Shown here: positions 1 through 13,319 of the stretch, in pieces | How positions within the stretch are numbered: the stretch's first letter is position 1 | Layout: every line of letters begins with the position of its first letter | Assembly: GCF_964204865.1 (NCBI RefSeq) | Contig: NC_135259.1 | Location: 3,038,001-3,102,000, forward strand | Reading direction: 5' to 3' | DNA: 64,000 nucleotides | From: Styela clava | Lineage: Eukaryota | Notes under the pieces: model-generated | The model's database searches: none | What the model saw: the letters and a program-made list of their open reading frames with translations, nothing else | Told to the model about the DNA's origin: nothing | Program-made: the position numbers and the translations under genes

Positions 1-3
1 TAG

Positions 4-136
4 ATTGGCTGCTCTTAGAATCTTCATTCGCGCTGATTCACAAGGCAAATTTCCAGAGCCGGAAACAAAAGAATTACTGGGCGCTCCAAAGCCAGTAGAA
101 CCTTGTTGCTGTTTTGTAGGCTGTGCTGTCATGTGA
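4..136 (+). CDS. Terminal exon of an unidentified, probably prenylated protein (gene starts before the window)
   Basis: After AG at 2-3 the frame reads LAALRIFIRADSQGKFPEPETKELLGAPKPVEPCCCFVGCAVM*, with TGA at 134-136. It ends in a CaaX box preceded by a Cys cluster. AATAAA lies at about 693. Confidence 0.55.
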
Positions 137-1984
137 GCACAATTGATATAATGGTGCCCATGTTCGTGACATTTAGTATGCATTCACCGACGTCAATGAT
201 ATTTTGCATATCAGTTCATATTTACTGGCCGCACAATTCGATACCACATGAGCAATAATAGATTCTTTTCAATGCTTTGTGTTTTGCACGATCCCTAATG
301 TCACGTAACATGAAAACTACAGAAAGCCCAGTTTATGGGGAATTTTGAATATTGCCGAAAGTATGTTTTGTACCATTGTGCCCGATATTGTTTGGTCTGT
401 TTTCATCCCAGCCCATAACAATGCTTTCCAAGCTAAGTGTTGTCAACTTCAGTCGCCTTGCTCAGTACGTAAAAAGTACGATTAATGGTGTTAGGAAACA
501 AAATATTAATGTAAAAAGCCATTCGGAATCTTAAACAAATTTTGATAGACTAACCGTTGATATAATTTAGAATAGGTTCATGTTTTTAATGTTTTGATAA
601 ATCTCAGGTGCTCTATTTTTGTGTTATGTGATTAGTCTTTTTATGTAAATATTTGCTTGACAATTATACCAGAATATAATTCTTGAAGTTTGAATAAAAG
701 AAAACCAATTTAAGACTTTGTAACTAGTTTATTTTTCAATAATCTACGAAACTGGATTGACGATACAAAATTTGAGGTAAAAAATATGTGAACAATACTG
801 TGCGAACTGAACTTATGAAATGAAAAATAATACCGTATGCAGAATTAGAGAGTTTCTTCAAAACAATGGACGGTTTCTCAAACGACACGATTCTATAGTG
901 ACAAATCCCATCGGTTTTTCACAACATTCGTAACCAATGTGGCATGGCTTTGTACACACATATATACAGTACATAAATATGTATGCACTACTGATAGACT
1001 TAAAATTACACTACCAAAGTAACATGCTATGCATAAAAGACGTTGCATCCTCTAGCTAGGCCTAGAATATTTAAATTAGGTGCAGGTTTTGATAACATTT
1101 GATGTCGTTCGTAACACATACTCAACTTTAAATTTATGTGTATTAATAGATTATGTGTCTACTTTAATTTTTGAACTATTCGAATCAACACTGATGAGTA
1201 AGCATGACGACGAACAGTATAAAAAACTAAATGTAGACGAATAAATATATTAGAGGGAGGGACAGCGAAGATTCCGTTTTACATAGAGAAAACATGAACA
1301 GAATTCAAAGTAAATTACTGTATATATATTTGACTGTTTGGTTGATATTGAGTTATGTGGCTCAGTAAACAAGGCCAATGAAGGTTATCGATGCTCGTGA
1401 GCCACATTTTTCAAAGAAAACATTCAGCCATTCACGTTTGGAAGATTATAGATTAAATATGTTTATTATTCGTACCAATATTGTTTTTTTTCTCACTCAG
1501 TCTGAACAAAACAGTATAATGGACTGACTACCTTACAGTATTTGTAACGATCAAGAACGGAAATCTTTTTCATGGCGGGGTATGTTGTACGGAAAATCGC
1601 CGTACTGGTGCCATCGCATCTTTATTTAAGATAGCCTTTCTAGTAGTCGCAGGCCCAAAAAAATTGTTTCTTTTTGTTATTGATTTTTCGGCATTGTTAG
1701 GTGTCCGTGCAGAAATGGTGAGTTAAAACGCATGAATTTCTAGAGAAAACTGCTATTCAAATTTATTGTCACACCGACTTTAAACGAATTCTGTGAGAAA
1801 CGTTTTTATAACATGGTGTATTTTGCAACATGATTTGCTAGCTAGTTTTGCTAATATGACAGTGGCACTCAGGTACTGGTATAGGGTTTGCAACGCAAAG
1901 GGATTGGAATTGCTCCCACGTACCAGATTCACTGAACTAAAAACTCGTTTCGCGGGCACACCATCCAAAATTGGCACTTTTCCG

Positions 1985-2030
1985 CGGGCCGCACAATTTT
2001 TCCTTGTGGGCCGCAGTTTGCACACCCCTG
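1985..2030. mobile_element. Terminus of a hAT (Charlie-like) MITE
   Basis: Ends in ...GGGCCGCAGTTTGCACACCCCTG, a typical CAGGGGTG-type hAT MITE end. Confidence 0.55.
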
Positions 2031-2761
2031 CCCTAAGCTATGTCATTTGCGAGGGTATTTAATAATGACATCATGAAATTTCAACTGTTTTTAAAATATA
2101 TTTTGAAGTCATAAATAGATTTAGACTGTTCACCTACGCTAAGTATAGATTAGATAGAATTTTGTAATTAAAAATAGTTTTAGAAACTGAAGGCTGTAAT
2201 GAAACGTCACGGCACCAGAAACCCCGAAGTCATAATACCTGTTTCTATCGCTGCCTGCCTAAATGACGGTTTAAAAATTTTCTTGGTCGGGCAACGTCGG
2301 GCAACTTTATGGGCATGTATTACAAACATAATGAGGCGATAGTTTGAAGCCTAACCTGCTCAAATCAAAGATCGTCAGCATAAACGAGCATGCATAATGA
2401 GTACGCGCCAACGATGCATTTTATGCGGTGACGGTACATCGTACACCGCAACGTATTTTGCTGAATAACTAGCTTTGTGGTGATGCAAATTCGAGAATGC
2501 TTGACTTTTAGAACGAGGAGATCATGAAGTGAATATAGTATGCCAAGAAATTAAGTTGTATGAGCTCAGTTTTATTCGAAACTTTATTTAACAAAAAAAT
2601 TGTTAACCGATTAATAAGTTACACAGAGTTGATTAAATATTTTATCAATTAATACACATTTAATCTGCTGCGTATACGTATGAAATTGGAAACACTCCTG
2701 AAATAGGCGCGATCCAACTTCTCATTTATTCATGCCAAAGCGAAATTTCAGATGAATAAAA

Positions 2762-3703
2762 TTAAATCACATCTTCAGTAGTTTTGCCTTCGGTGGTATT
2801 ACTTGAATTTAAATCATTTCCTTGTTGTCTTCCGCCATGACATTTGCGAAGTGCAAAACATGGCAACATTCTGGTCTGCCAGTCTTCGAAACAAAAGAGC
2901 AGACACCATAAGCTAAAAGCTATATTCACATAATAAACCACCGATAATCCAGATAAAGATAACACAACAAATGCAATAATGTCGCTAAGAATTGCTATAG
3001 GAGTAATTATCATCGATCTTTTTAATAACTTGATGGAGTTTCCTTGTAAACTTTGACCTCTGAAAGATTTACGCAACGTTCTTCTGTGACGGAATAACGG
3101 AATTATGAACAGTGTAAGAGTGGATATTTCGGTTTCAATTTGATAAAGAAGAAAAGATATTGTCATCCATTTTGGAAAGCAAGTCAGTCTTACTACGCTT
3201 TTACGAATGCCTTCATATCCAATCGCAATACTCAGAAAAACATTGAAAAATAACATAAAATACCCTTGAAACCGACTGAAATTATGCAACGCTTCCGACG
3301 AGAGATGTCTCAGTGATTGTTCGCTGTGAAACATTGTCTGACGGAGCCACAGTATGATATACTGTAACATGAATACCCATTGTGACAAAAGCACGTCAGC
3401 TACGTAGATTGCACTATTTATATTTCGATGAAACAGGAACACAACAACCATTTTCGCTAAAGTGACAATGCCGGTGAAAACAAGTGTCAAATTCATTACA
3501 GATCGAAGGTTCGACGCCATCAAAAGGTCCGTACATTTTTCCATTCGGAGCTCAAACAATCTCTTTGAAATAAGAACGTAAATCTGACAGAACGTTATAT
3601 ATATCAAAACTATTGCAACAACTATATCCACGTAAAATTTCTCGTCAAGTATATGCTCCAAGGACTCAACGAAGGTGTGAGAATTTTTGTTCGAACAGTT
3701 CAT
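2762..3703 (-). CDS. Orphan multi-pass membrane protein, GPCR-like 7TM, 313 aa, intronless CDS
   Basis: About seven hydrophobic segments, a basic loop after TM5 (PLFRHRRTLRK) and a post-TM7 FEDWQTRMLPC segment. There is no DRY or NPxxY motif. A likely 5'UTR splice acceptor lies near 3800. Confidence 0.7.
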   Translation of the reverse strand: MNCSNKNSHTFVESLEHILDEKFYVDIVVAIVLIYITFCQIYVLISKRLFELRMEKCTDLLMASNLRSVMNLTLVFTGIVTLAKMVVVFLFHRNINSAIYVADVLLSQWVFMLQYIILWLRQTMFHSEQSLRHLSSEALHNFSRFQGYFMLFFNVFLSIAIGYEGIRKSVVRLTCFPKWMTISFLLYQIETEISTLTLFIIPLFRHRRTLRKSFRGQSLQGNSIKLLKRSMIITPIAILSDIIAFVVLSLSGLSVVYYVNIAFSLWCLLFCFEDWQTRMLPCFALRKCHGGRQQGNDLNSSNTTEGKTTEDVI

Positions 3704-5835
3704 ACTGGATGGAGTTGTGATTCTGTCCTATAATATTGTGATAAAATCCTGATTTCAGCAGCGAATCTCTATTTTGACTGATAGTTATAATGCAGCAATC
3801 TGTTAAAACAAATAGAATAAGTATTGGATTTTGATGCCATGTAGGCGAATATCAAATAATAGTAGAACTCAACTGAATATGGCTTCTTATCTTAAGTCCT
3901 GTGCTAAGAAAGTGCGGTGAGACATTTTCTAAAAACCATTAGATACCTATATTAATTATGATTAAAACACATAATATTTTTCTAAACACGATGATATTTA
4001 CAAAAATTTTCGGTTCTTGCCCCTCTGTACTCTACATGTATACACAGTGTAGAATCTCAAATAAATATTGGAAATATTATATTCCGATTCATATAGATCT
4101 TTATGCAAATTCTAATTTGCTTAACTCATTTATTGAACACACACTTCAAATAACTTCCTTGTCTTTTTCGCCAATAGAATTCGTGCATTGGACAAGCCTA
4201 CCTCAAGCTTCTAGGCAGAAAAGTATTTTTGTTCAATTGTAAGCGAATTCGGTACTTCCATCATATGACATGATCATTTTCTTCGTTATCATTGCCATAT
4301 ATATATATATATATTCGCAAAGGAACCCAAACGCATATTAAAGAAAAATGAATCACAAAAGGACTTGCTATTTATTGAAACATCCCATTGAAGTCTAAAC
4401 TTTTCAATTTTGTAATGTAACATTTATGTTATGCATTGTCTCTGCATCGATAGTTGCATCGCAAAAGATATATCGCCGACCTTTGACCCTAGAAAATTTT
4501 GCAATTTTCACCTGATTTGTGTGTTTTCACTCAACTACCTAATCTCGAATATTTGAAAGTAACAAATTGTATCAAAATACCCAATCTAATCGTTTTTGGT
4601 ACCATTCTTTTGATTTTAAGTGACGGTAAACCAAAAACCATCTTACAATATGTGTGATTAAAAGTGTATGAGCGACCTGTGAACAATGGATCAAAATAAC
4701 CATTGTTTTATCATTGTTATGATACAGATGGTAAACGCGTGACTGACCTTCTGTTCCGACGCTTTTCTTGTCGGAGAACGCTTAGGAATTTTTTCCTTTC
4801 CAGCGTTTTGTCCCGCCGTCCCGATAAGTCAGCCAAAAGTACCGCTTTTCCAGCATAATACACAAACATGTTCTCGGTACTGTTGTTTCTGTGTAGCGCA
4901 GCGCTAGCCTACTTACTGAAGGTGAATGCGTTCGTTTCCCGCTGATTCCCATTAATGGCAGACGTATCGCATGTAAAACCAATACTAATTAGTCTAAATT
5001 CGAATTATTTGTACCGGTATATTTGACGTCAATTTCTCCCTATTTTTCGAACTGAACCCGATATTTGCCTTTATTTGGATAGAGAATATGCGCATGAAAT
5101 TTCGATAACAATATGGTCAATAAAGACAGCCGGGACAGCTTATTAGGAATGTAGGCCTATGTAGTAAAATCGGAAAATGTGAAGTTACAAAATCACAGCT
5201 AAGGAAGGGGTCGTTGTCTTTTGTGGCGTCCCGATTTGAGGTCACAAAAATATGGTAACCTACTAACCTTACATGTAACGGATTCTGGAACATTACGCCA
5301 CACGTGAAACGAGCCGAACTTTCGAATGGATAAGGATTTTTCTGTTATGTAAAATTTACACGCCGATGCGAGCATTTTAGGAATCTTATCATATTAATTT
5401 AATTGTCGCGTTTGCGTCAACTTACGACAAAATAAAATCATAAGTACTTTAAATTACTGCAGCACTCTGCGGTCCTAAACTGTGTGTATAATGCCCGATT
5501 ATAACAAGTTTTGATGATATTGACTGCCACTTGTGATTAGTTTCAAGATATCGCTGTTAATCCCAAGATCTGCGATAAAATCTCAAAATTTATTTTGGTA
5601 CAAATAAAAAACCGCTTGAACATACCTTACATTGATTAGTTTATATATCAACATAATCAGGCCGCAGCCAGGCTTTTTGAAAATCGCCCGAAAATACACA
5701 TTCAACGCCTTTAAATCCCCGCGGAACGACTTTTTAAACATCCTCGCGATTACACCACTCGCTAAAAGAGTTTGGTTACGTCAAATTAAGGACATAACTA
5801 TAAAATGTCACGGCCGTAAGAAAGCGTGGCAAACT

Positions 5836-6002
5836 GTTCCATTACATTTGAACCCACGTACAACCTACGACAATTGCACCTGCATACTATTGCACCTATG
5901 GAAATTTGCACCCACGGATATTTGAGCCCATACTAATCCATGGATTTTATTGAACCCGCGGATATACGGGTGGAAATGTATGGGATCAAATGTGCTGTCA
6001 CC
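5836..6002. mobile_element. Diverged copy of the Mutator-like MITE family (see 33495)
   Basis: Shares ATTACATTTGAACCCAC...GACAATTGCACC...TTGAACCCGCGGATATAC with the copies at 33495, 44143 and 47967. Confidence 0.7.
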
Positions 6003-7522
6003 GTTCCATTATATCTAGTTTTTATTCGCATTTTTGCGATGTTGTGAATACTACAAATCTGATCTGTTCTTGCAACACTGATTCCGCTCTAACACGACGC
6101 TGTCTCTCCGATTGTTTTTAAGATATCAACGGTAGAAATATCCCTAGGTCTGCGATAAAATATCGAAGACTACAATTGATTTTGGTACAATATAAATTGA
6201 TTGAATGTGCATTACACATTATCGGTGGTTCCGAACTTTTTTCTCAAGCGACTCAAATTTTTCGAAAAACAGATTTTGTAAAATGCTATATATATATATG
6301 CTCAAATACTAGGTGGTATGTAATGTGTATTAACTGAATAATATTAATCAATCATTTTTGAGTAAAATTTATTTCCCCAAAATTGAGTCAAAGTGAAAAA
6401 GGTGCGCTTACTTGCCTGCCATAGCCAGTTTTTGAAATCGTGGCATAGGTTTACTTACTTAAAACAGCAGCTATCAAGTTTTTACGCCGTGATACTTCCC
6501 ACATACATAATTACTATTGAGAAACACTTCGAAACAAATATCGAATAAATTAGAAAATAAAACCAGTATCTTTTCGGTTTTTGTTGAACAAACGAGCGAC
6601 CCAAGAAAATTTTTCAATTTTGGGTCGCGACTCTTAGGTTGGGGAAAAGTGAGTGTTATATATCACAATGACCAAGGTAAAAGTTGCTTGCGGTTTAAAA
6701 GGTCTATCGAGCGCATAATTGAATGTGTGCTCAAATTCAGTGGCTATGGTATAGATATAGATCCCAAAGGCAATTTACCATAATGTGTGCCGTATTTTGC
6801 GATTTGAAATGTCTGAAAAGCGTTTTTAATTTGTTGTGGGCCCCCTAAAAAACTAATTTTTCCTCATTATTTTATGTATTCGATAATGCAGTAAAAAAAA
6901 GTTGGCAGGGGGAAATTAGGCGAGAATAAATGACGATGTAAAGGTGTTTACGGCCCAACGTTGCGGCTCACACTGAATTCGATCGGCGAATACAACAAAA
7001 TACAATCGCACGCCTTTCAGACCTTTTCACAATCCACACAAATTGAACGGAAGCCACCCTCTAATCGCATATCACGCCTTGAATTTAATGTAGGATGCCA
7101 CGCATATGCTCGCTCTTGTGACAAATTATAAATCTGTCCGAATACACCACATAACTTTTATTTTAACAATGTATATATTATATACGGACGTATAAACATA
7201 TTTGTATTAAAATTTAACGATATAATACTAAATATTACGAGATTTGAGGCTTTTAATTCCACGCGATTCCGCCATACGAAAAGCATTGTTTGAGCGCCGC
7301 AGAATGTGATTATACAGAAAGCCACTCAAGCGTTCAACGTCTGCGGCGATGACAATGAGTTTTCCATCCATCGATCGATTACTTGGAAGTTGGAACGGAA
7401 TTTACAATCACTAAAAGCGACTAACTGTTGCGTAGTTCAAGTTGGCTATATTGCTATCGTTTAATTCAAGTATATTTTGACTTCATTAGCAGCGTAAAGG
7501 ACGATAAAATCGCGGAAACGGC

Positions 7523-8622
7523 ATGACACAAAGAGACGACAAAGGTCGGTTGGATGAGTTGCATCTAATACAATGGTTCTTAATTACAGTGACACATTAT
7601 ATTTCAAAGATATTTATGGGTGGGACGGATATAACGGTACGTACTGTATATATCTCGGACTGAAACGGTGACTGGTGACGCGGTGTTTGACACGAAGGCG
7701 TCCCATGTACATTTAAGTGTCGTTGTTGGGTAGAGCAATACCCCTTTGCATTAAATGAGAAGAAGAGAGTAGCGATTGAATTTATTACTTGCATGCAGTT
7801 GCTTTTTGTGAAACAAGTTGATATATACACCAATGGTCGGAGCCAACATCGATTAAACATCTAAATTACCCCACAACTGTAAGTGACTCAGCAGTTTTTC
7901 AACATGTTTGTCCACCGACATTTAGGTCTCAAATCTTGCATCCTATTCAAAGTTAAACATTTATTTGAAACTCCATCTGAACATTCTAATATATCATGGG
8001 ACTTATTACAACCCTTAGGCACAAGTTTAACTTCAGATAGTTGTTAAAAATTTAATATTTTTTAGGTTCAAGGGATGAGAAGATTGAAGAAATTAAAACA
8101 AGAATCAGAGAGTATCCAGACTTTCCTAAACCTGGCATCACATTCAGAGATGTCTTTCCACTGTTCCATCATCCTTCATTGCAACATACAATAGTGGAAC
8201 TACTTAAAGGCCAAATCGACGAGAAATATTCAAATAGAAAAATTGATATGATTGTTGGCATAGATTCTAGAGGGTTTTTATTTGGACCCGAGCTTGCTAA
8301 TGCACTGGGCTGTAATTTCATTCCTGCGCGGAAAAAGGGAAAACTACCTGGTGCAACCGTGACACAATCTTACCAATTGGAATATGGATCAGATACATTG
8401 GAGATGCAAAAAGAATATGTAGTTGCTGGAAAATGTGCTATAATCGTTGATGATTTGATTGCTACTGGAGGGACAATGGCCGCAGCATATAACCTTTTAA
8501 CAAACTCTGGTGTTGAGGTACTAGAATGTCAATGTCTTGTTGAACTTCCAGAGTTGCATGGGAGAGATAAGCTACCAAAACAATGTCCAGTTTTTTGTTT
8601 AGTAGAATATGGAGGTTGCTAG
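7523..8622 (+). CDS. APRT: Adenine phosphoribosyltransferase. Main exon 8066-8622, probable first exon 7523-7544.
   Basis: Motifs YPDFPKPGITFRD, GIDSRGFLFG, ARKKGKLPG, YQLEYG and the PRPP-binding IVDDLIATGGT. The TTTTAG acceptor precedes 8066. The first exon (MTQRDDKG/gtcggt) is phase-compatible but inferred. Confidence 0.93.
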
Positions 8623-8890
8623 ATCAGGACATTTTTAACTTGAAAATCATGTCTAATTTCTTATCTGTTCAATTCATTTTCCTTAATTAAGCTTATTTTT
8701 ACCATCCTGTTTTACCACTTGATTATTTTTAATTAAAATCTCATGAACGAAGCTGCTGTAATGGAAGGAAATTAATAAATAAGTGAAGACCCAATTAGAA
8801 TGGATTTGAATACTCTGGTCCATAAATCATATTAGTGAAAATGCAATATCACATTACAAAGGGTTTATTCAGGTTTTTAAATCCAGACAT

Positions 8891-9655
8891 TCATATACCT
8901 GTATATAACAACTTTACCAGGGATGGATTCTTTTGATGGCGACAGCATATATTATATCTCAAAAGAAGTTCTATATGTGGCGGCCAGAAATCATCTGTTA
9001 TTTCCAGATAAGGGTTTTCAGGAGTTTGTATACTCAAGTTTATCAACTTTTTTACTAAGAAATTCAGCGATTTATAAGTTTCTCTATTTTTCTTAGAATT
9101 TGTGCTGGAAGGAAACCATTGATCTAAGAATCCATTCATTTTTTGTTGAAATTTCTTACGTCCTTTTGTATATGTTATTCGTTTCATTGTCAGCTGCTCC
9201 AAATATTCCTCCGTAAATTGCTCATCTGTTTGACCAATACTTTTGTGCTTTTCACTCATTTGTTTCAGTTTATTTTGTATTCCTTGGGATATTTGGCGTT
9301 GCTCTATCATCACACTGCTTTTGTCTTCCAATTTGGCTTCCATAGCCAACACAGATTTTTGCAACATTTCTAATGTTTCATCAGATTCTTTAATGGTGTT
9401 TTCAAGGTCTTTATCAAAGTTAGTGGCAACTAACAAAGAATTGTTTATTACTTTAAACGGTTCCCTTGCCTTCAAAGTTATTTCTTCATTTCCCAGAATT
9501 CTCAAGTTTTGTTTGGCAATGTCCTCTGCAGATTTAGGTGCAGTTTGTGAAAGGGAAATATTTTGAACTTCAGTTTTCAATGAATTCAACTTTTCTGCAA
9601 GCTGATGACACATGTCAAACAACTGAGTTTCACTCTCTTCAAGGGAAGAAGCCAT
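8891..9655 (-). CDS. CENPK: Centromere protein K-like, 254 aa, intronless
   Basis: Coiled-coil body. The C-terminal NPYLEITDDFWPPHIELLLRYNICCRHQKNP matches the CENP-K signature (PY...FWPPYVELLLR.GIA.RHP.DP). Minus-strand AATAAA at 8864-8869. Confidence 0.85.
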   Translation of the reverse strand: MASSLEESETQLFDMCHQLAEKLNSLKTEVQNISLSQTAPKSAEDIAKQNLRILGNEEITLKAREPFKVINNSLLVATNFDKDLENTIKESDETLEMLQKSVLAMEAKLEDKSSVMIEQRQISQGIQNKLKQMSEKHKSIGQTDEQFTEEYLEQLTMKRITYTKGRKKFQQKMNGFLDQWFPSSTNSKKNRETYKSLNFLVKKLINLSIQTPENPYLEITDDFWPPHIELLLRYNICCRHQKNPSLVKLLYTGI

Positions 9656-10111
9656 CAGATTTATAGGTACCTGTATCTGTATTTACATTACACAAAATAC
9701 AATATCAGTATGTATAAGTTTTTAAGACGTTGAGAATGCATTATTAGGTAGTCCCAGTTGCATCACAAATGGCACATACACAATCTAGGTAAATGCTCAT
9801 GTCAGATGGTCATAGAATATAGTTCAAAACGAGAAGAACAATACCAGACATTTTATATATATCTAGTTGTGTTACTTGAAATTGATTGTATGGAAACATG
9901 CAAAGTAGTGTGCATTGTGATGAAATAGGCCTAGGACTACAAAGTACAAAACCTCAAATACTAAATTTACAGCATTATTAGTTTGTATCAAACTTGACCA
10001 GCCAAACGATAAATAATAAATCAATTTTTTGCGATTGATCCAACATCAAAATTTTAGTGTACTGTCCAACAAACAAATTTCAAAGAATGTTTCAAACAGT
10101 AACCAGAATAT

Positions 10112-10912
10112 TCATATAATCATTTCAAGTTCTCTTGCATAATCAATAACCTGAGATGCCAGTTCTGAAGATGGTAGTGTGGTTTCCACCTCTTGTTGGT
10201 TTTTAGCATTGAACCTATATCTTTTATCAGGCCCTGATTGCCAACCCCTTTTTGTAGCATATTCGGCAAAATCAGATTCCGTTTCAAAGTACAACATGTG
10301 TAAAGCATCTTGAACCGCGATGTTAGGATATGCTTTCTCAATACAGCCTGCGATTTCATCCCTAATGGTGCCAAGTAAAATGTCTATAAAGAAGTTATAA
10401 CTGGCAGCAGGTACGTTCCCTTTGGCCAAAAACAATTTATTGTAGCTCCCTTCCATTAAATACTGCTCCATTGAAATTGGGTGATGAATATAGATGTTGT
10501 TTTGAATGTCCGATGCTGGTAACCGCTCCAATTCTGTATGAAACTCTGCAACTCTATTTTGTGAAAGAAGGCAAAGTAAATTGAGCCCTAAAAGTTGGTG
10601 CTTATATGGAGATTCTGGTGCGTTCGTACCCTTGTCATCCAAATAATAACATTTCAACTGTGACATGTAACGCTCGAATCCTGGAATATCTTCTTTCATT
10701 ATGCACAGCTGAGCTCCTGTTTCTAGAACATCTCTTGCTAACACAAATTCTTGTATATTTGGAGTCGCATCAGCGGGTAAAAACGACAATTCTGTCAAAG
10801 CAATTTTAATCGTTTTCAACAAGTCAGTGCATTTACCCAGATCAGGCTTCTTTTTATTGAATTGTTTAGTCAGATTCTGATATAGACCAGCGGCTTCTTT
10901 AAAAGTGGTCAT
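10112..10912 (-). CDS. PSMD8: 26S proteasome non-ATPase regulatory subunit 8 (Rpn12), 266 aa, intronless
   Basis: Motifs [55 protein letters not shown] and the C-terminal YARELEMII. Confidence 0.97.
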   Translation of the reverse strand: MTTFKEAAGLYQNLTKQFNKKKPDLGKCTDLLKTIKIALTELSFLPADATPNIQEFVLARDVLETGAQLCIMKEDIPGFERYMSQLKCYYLDDKGTNAPESPYKHQLLGLNLLCLLSQNRVAEFHTELERLPASDIQNNIYIHHPISMEQYLMEGSYNKLFLAKGNVPAASYNFFIDILLGTIRDEIAGCIEKAYPNIAVQDALHMLYFETESDFAEYATKRGWQSGPDKRYRFNAKNQQEVETTLPSSELASQVIDYARELEMII

Positions 10913-11795
10913 TTTATACTTTTATTGATACACCACAAGAATACAGTATAATTATAATTTAGACTGTCGAAGATATTGTATATTAGCAATTCAACAAAAT
11001 ATTAAATACATATACAGATATACTAAAACAACCTGCGATGGTGAAAGTTTTCCTAACGCTCAACATGCAATAACAGCAGGTCTACCCACAGACATAAGGC
11101 CTATCGCTACGCCTACTATAAACAAACAGTGGGCAAACCGCGGCTCGCCAGAGTTTTCATGCGGCTCTTCTCGCTAGCAATAATTATTATCCACAAGTCA
11201 AAGCAATAGCCCTATTCGTTACCCCAGTACGTTGGGGCACAGTTCACCAATTTCAAGATGTACGGTACATACATTTGGTTCAATAAAACAAACACTCTGT
11301 TTTTCTCTGAAACGAGGGCGTCTGGCAAAACAGTAGACTGGTCCATATTTATCCCGGGGAGAGAAAAGAAAAACAAGGCGACTTAAACACATGGCACACC
11401 AAAGCCCTTTGACCTTGCACAGTTAACAGTCCATGGGATTAGTTAGCCAGTTGTTTCGGATGCATGGACTTGAGAAACTTCAAAAGGTCAATAAACAAGT
11501 GTTATTACAGTAGAGTGCCGATATAACAATATAGCCCTATACTAATGTAGACCTCAGCTCTAAAATCAGAACACCCACCTTCCAACAAAAATTAATCCAT
11601 TTAGCCACTTTGTACAATAGCGTAAGTTATAACCTAGACCAGTAGGGTAGTGTTCACGCCACAAAGCTGTTAGGAGTCGCATAATTTGCTGACTAATTCA
11701 GATTCGTTCGAAAAGTGATGACCTAATTTTCGTCGATTTAGCACTGGAGGTCGTAGTTGCAGTCGCTTTTGGGAATAATTTTGTCCTCGCCCGGC

Positions 11796-12291
11796 TATGG
11801 ACCTTTCCCCGAGCATCGTTTTCCTTGTTTACTTCGTGACATTGGTCAATCAGCAAGATGCAAAAAATGACGTAACAATGCCCCCTTTTCGCATCCGCTC
11901 AGACACTTTTCTCACTCAGACAGATTTTCAAGTGTGGTTGTAAACATTACCTCGTTTTCGCGTTTTTGAACTTTATTAGTTAGTTTTCAGTTGTGTTTCG
12001 GAAACTTAAATATAAATCAGACGATTCAATGATCACTCTGTCTTCTTAGGAGTTTTAATTTGATTGCAGTAATAAAAATTAGTGTAGAAATAGCTGTGAT
12101 AGACTAGCCTGAAATTCTTTACCGGAACTTTCAAAAAACAGATTGTTGTAATCATAATCATGGTTTGAAACACACACCCCATTTTACAGGCGCCAACTCG
12201 CAAAAGCACTCTTAAAATAACCCCGAAAATTTTGCAATGGTAAAGTATAGGAAAAATTTTTCAGGGGTCAAAGGTCGGGGAAAGGTCCATA
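11796..12291. mobile_element. ~500-bp MITE with 16-bp TIRs. An inverted copy lies at about 45785-46287.
   Basis: TATGGACCTTTCCCCG ... CGGGGAAAGGTCCATA. The internal sequence is the reverse complement of 45785-46287. Confidence 0.85.
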
Positions 12292-12326
12292 CTGTTCTAT
12301 ATCTAGATTGATTTTATAGTTGATGC

Positions 12327-13030
12327 TATAAGTATAAGTTTACTTCGACTCCATAATCAGCATAACAATAAAATGATTGGTTAAAAAATTAGATAAAAAC
12401 TGATTATGAAATCAGGAGAGCAAACAAAACCTTAGATAAGATTTAAAACGTACAGAATGTATACAAGATGGAAGGTTTTGCCAAGAAGAAGTGGTACGTG
12501 TTCACTCACCTAAAATAATGGAAATATTTTACACACGCTCACACGCACCCACACACACAACCATACAGAAGTTAAAAATTACATAGGGGTAGTTAAAAAA
12601 AAATAAATAAAAATTACTTGCCACACCATATTAATAAATTTATAACGTTTGTCACTGCCGAATTGATAGATTTTATAAATGGGAGTGAACAGTAGAAATA
12701 AACTTTTATGAAAAATATATTGCCAAGCTGATTATAGTTGGAGTCAATTGCCAAAAATAAGGTATAAGTTTATTTCGACTCCATAATCAGCATAACAATA
12801 CATTTGACAGATAAAAACAAATAAATAAAAACTGATTATGAAATCAGGGGAGCAAACGAAATCTTAGATAAGGTTTATAACGTACAAAATATAAGATGGA
12901 AGGTTTTGCCAAGAGGAAGTGGTAGGCTACGTGTTTACTCACCAAACATTATCAAGTGATTTCACACACGCTCACATGCACCCACCAGCCACACACACAC
13001 ACACACACACCACTGAGAAGTTATTTAAGT
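12327..13030. repeat. Two tandem copies of a dispersed ~400-bp repeat, with a third copy at about 22385-22750. Probably a retroposon 3' end on the minus strand.
   Basis: TATAAGTTTA(C/T)TTCGACTCCATAATCAGCATAACAATA...AAAACTGATTATGAAATCAGG occurs three times, each with a CA-rich tract. Confidence 0.7.
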
Positions 13031-13319
13031 GGCTTCTATTGAAAGTGTCTTCGATTTCAGGGGCCGTCAGTGTTTTTATGGTGTGTATTGCTTTCTCATA
13101 TTTTACTGCCTGCCTTTCCGTTGCTTTGGAGTATTTGGTTGTGCTGGGATTGATGAATTACTTAGAATAGCATGGGTTGGGGTGAATGTTGAGAGGAAAC
13201 TTGACGTCAGACCATATTGAAAGATATTCTGAACTTGGATAATTATTTCATAGACTGCCGGTACGCTACATTATGTTGCTTGGGTGGCGTTTCTTTTTTC
13301 ACCTTTTGTTTTATTGGAT

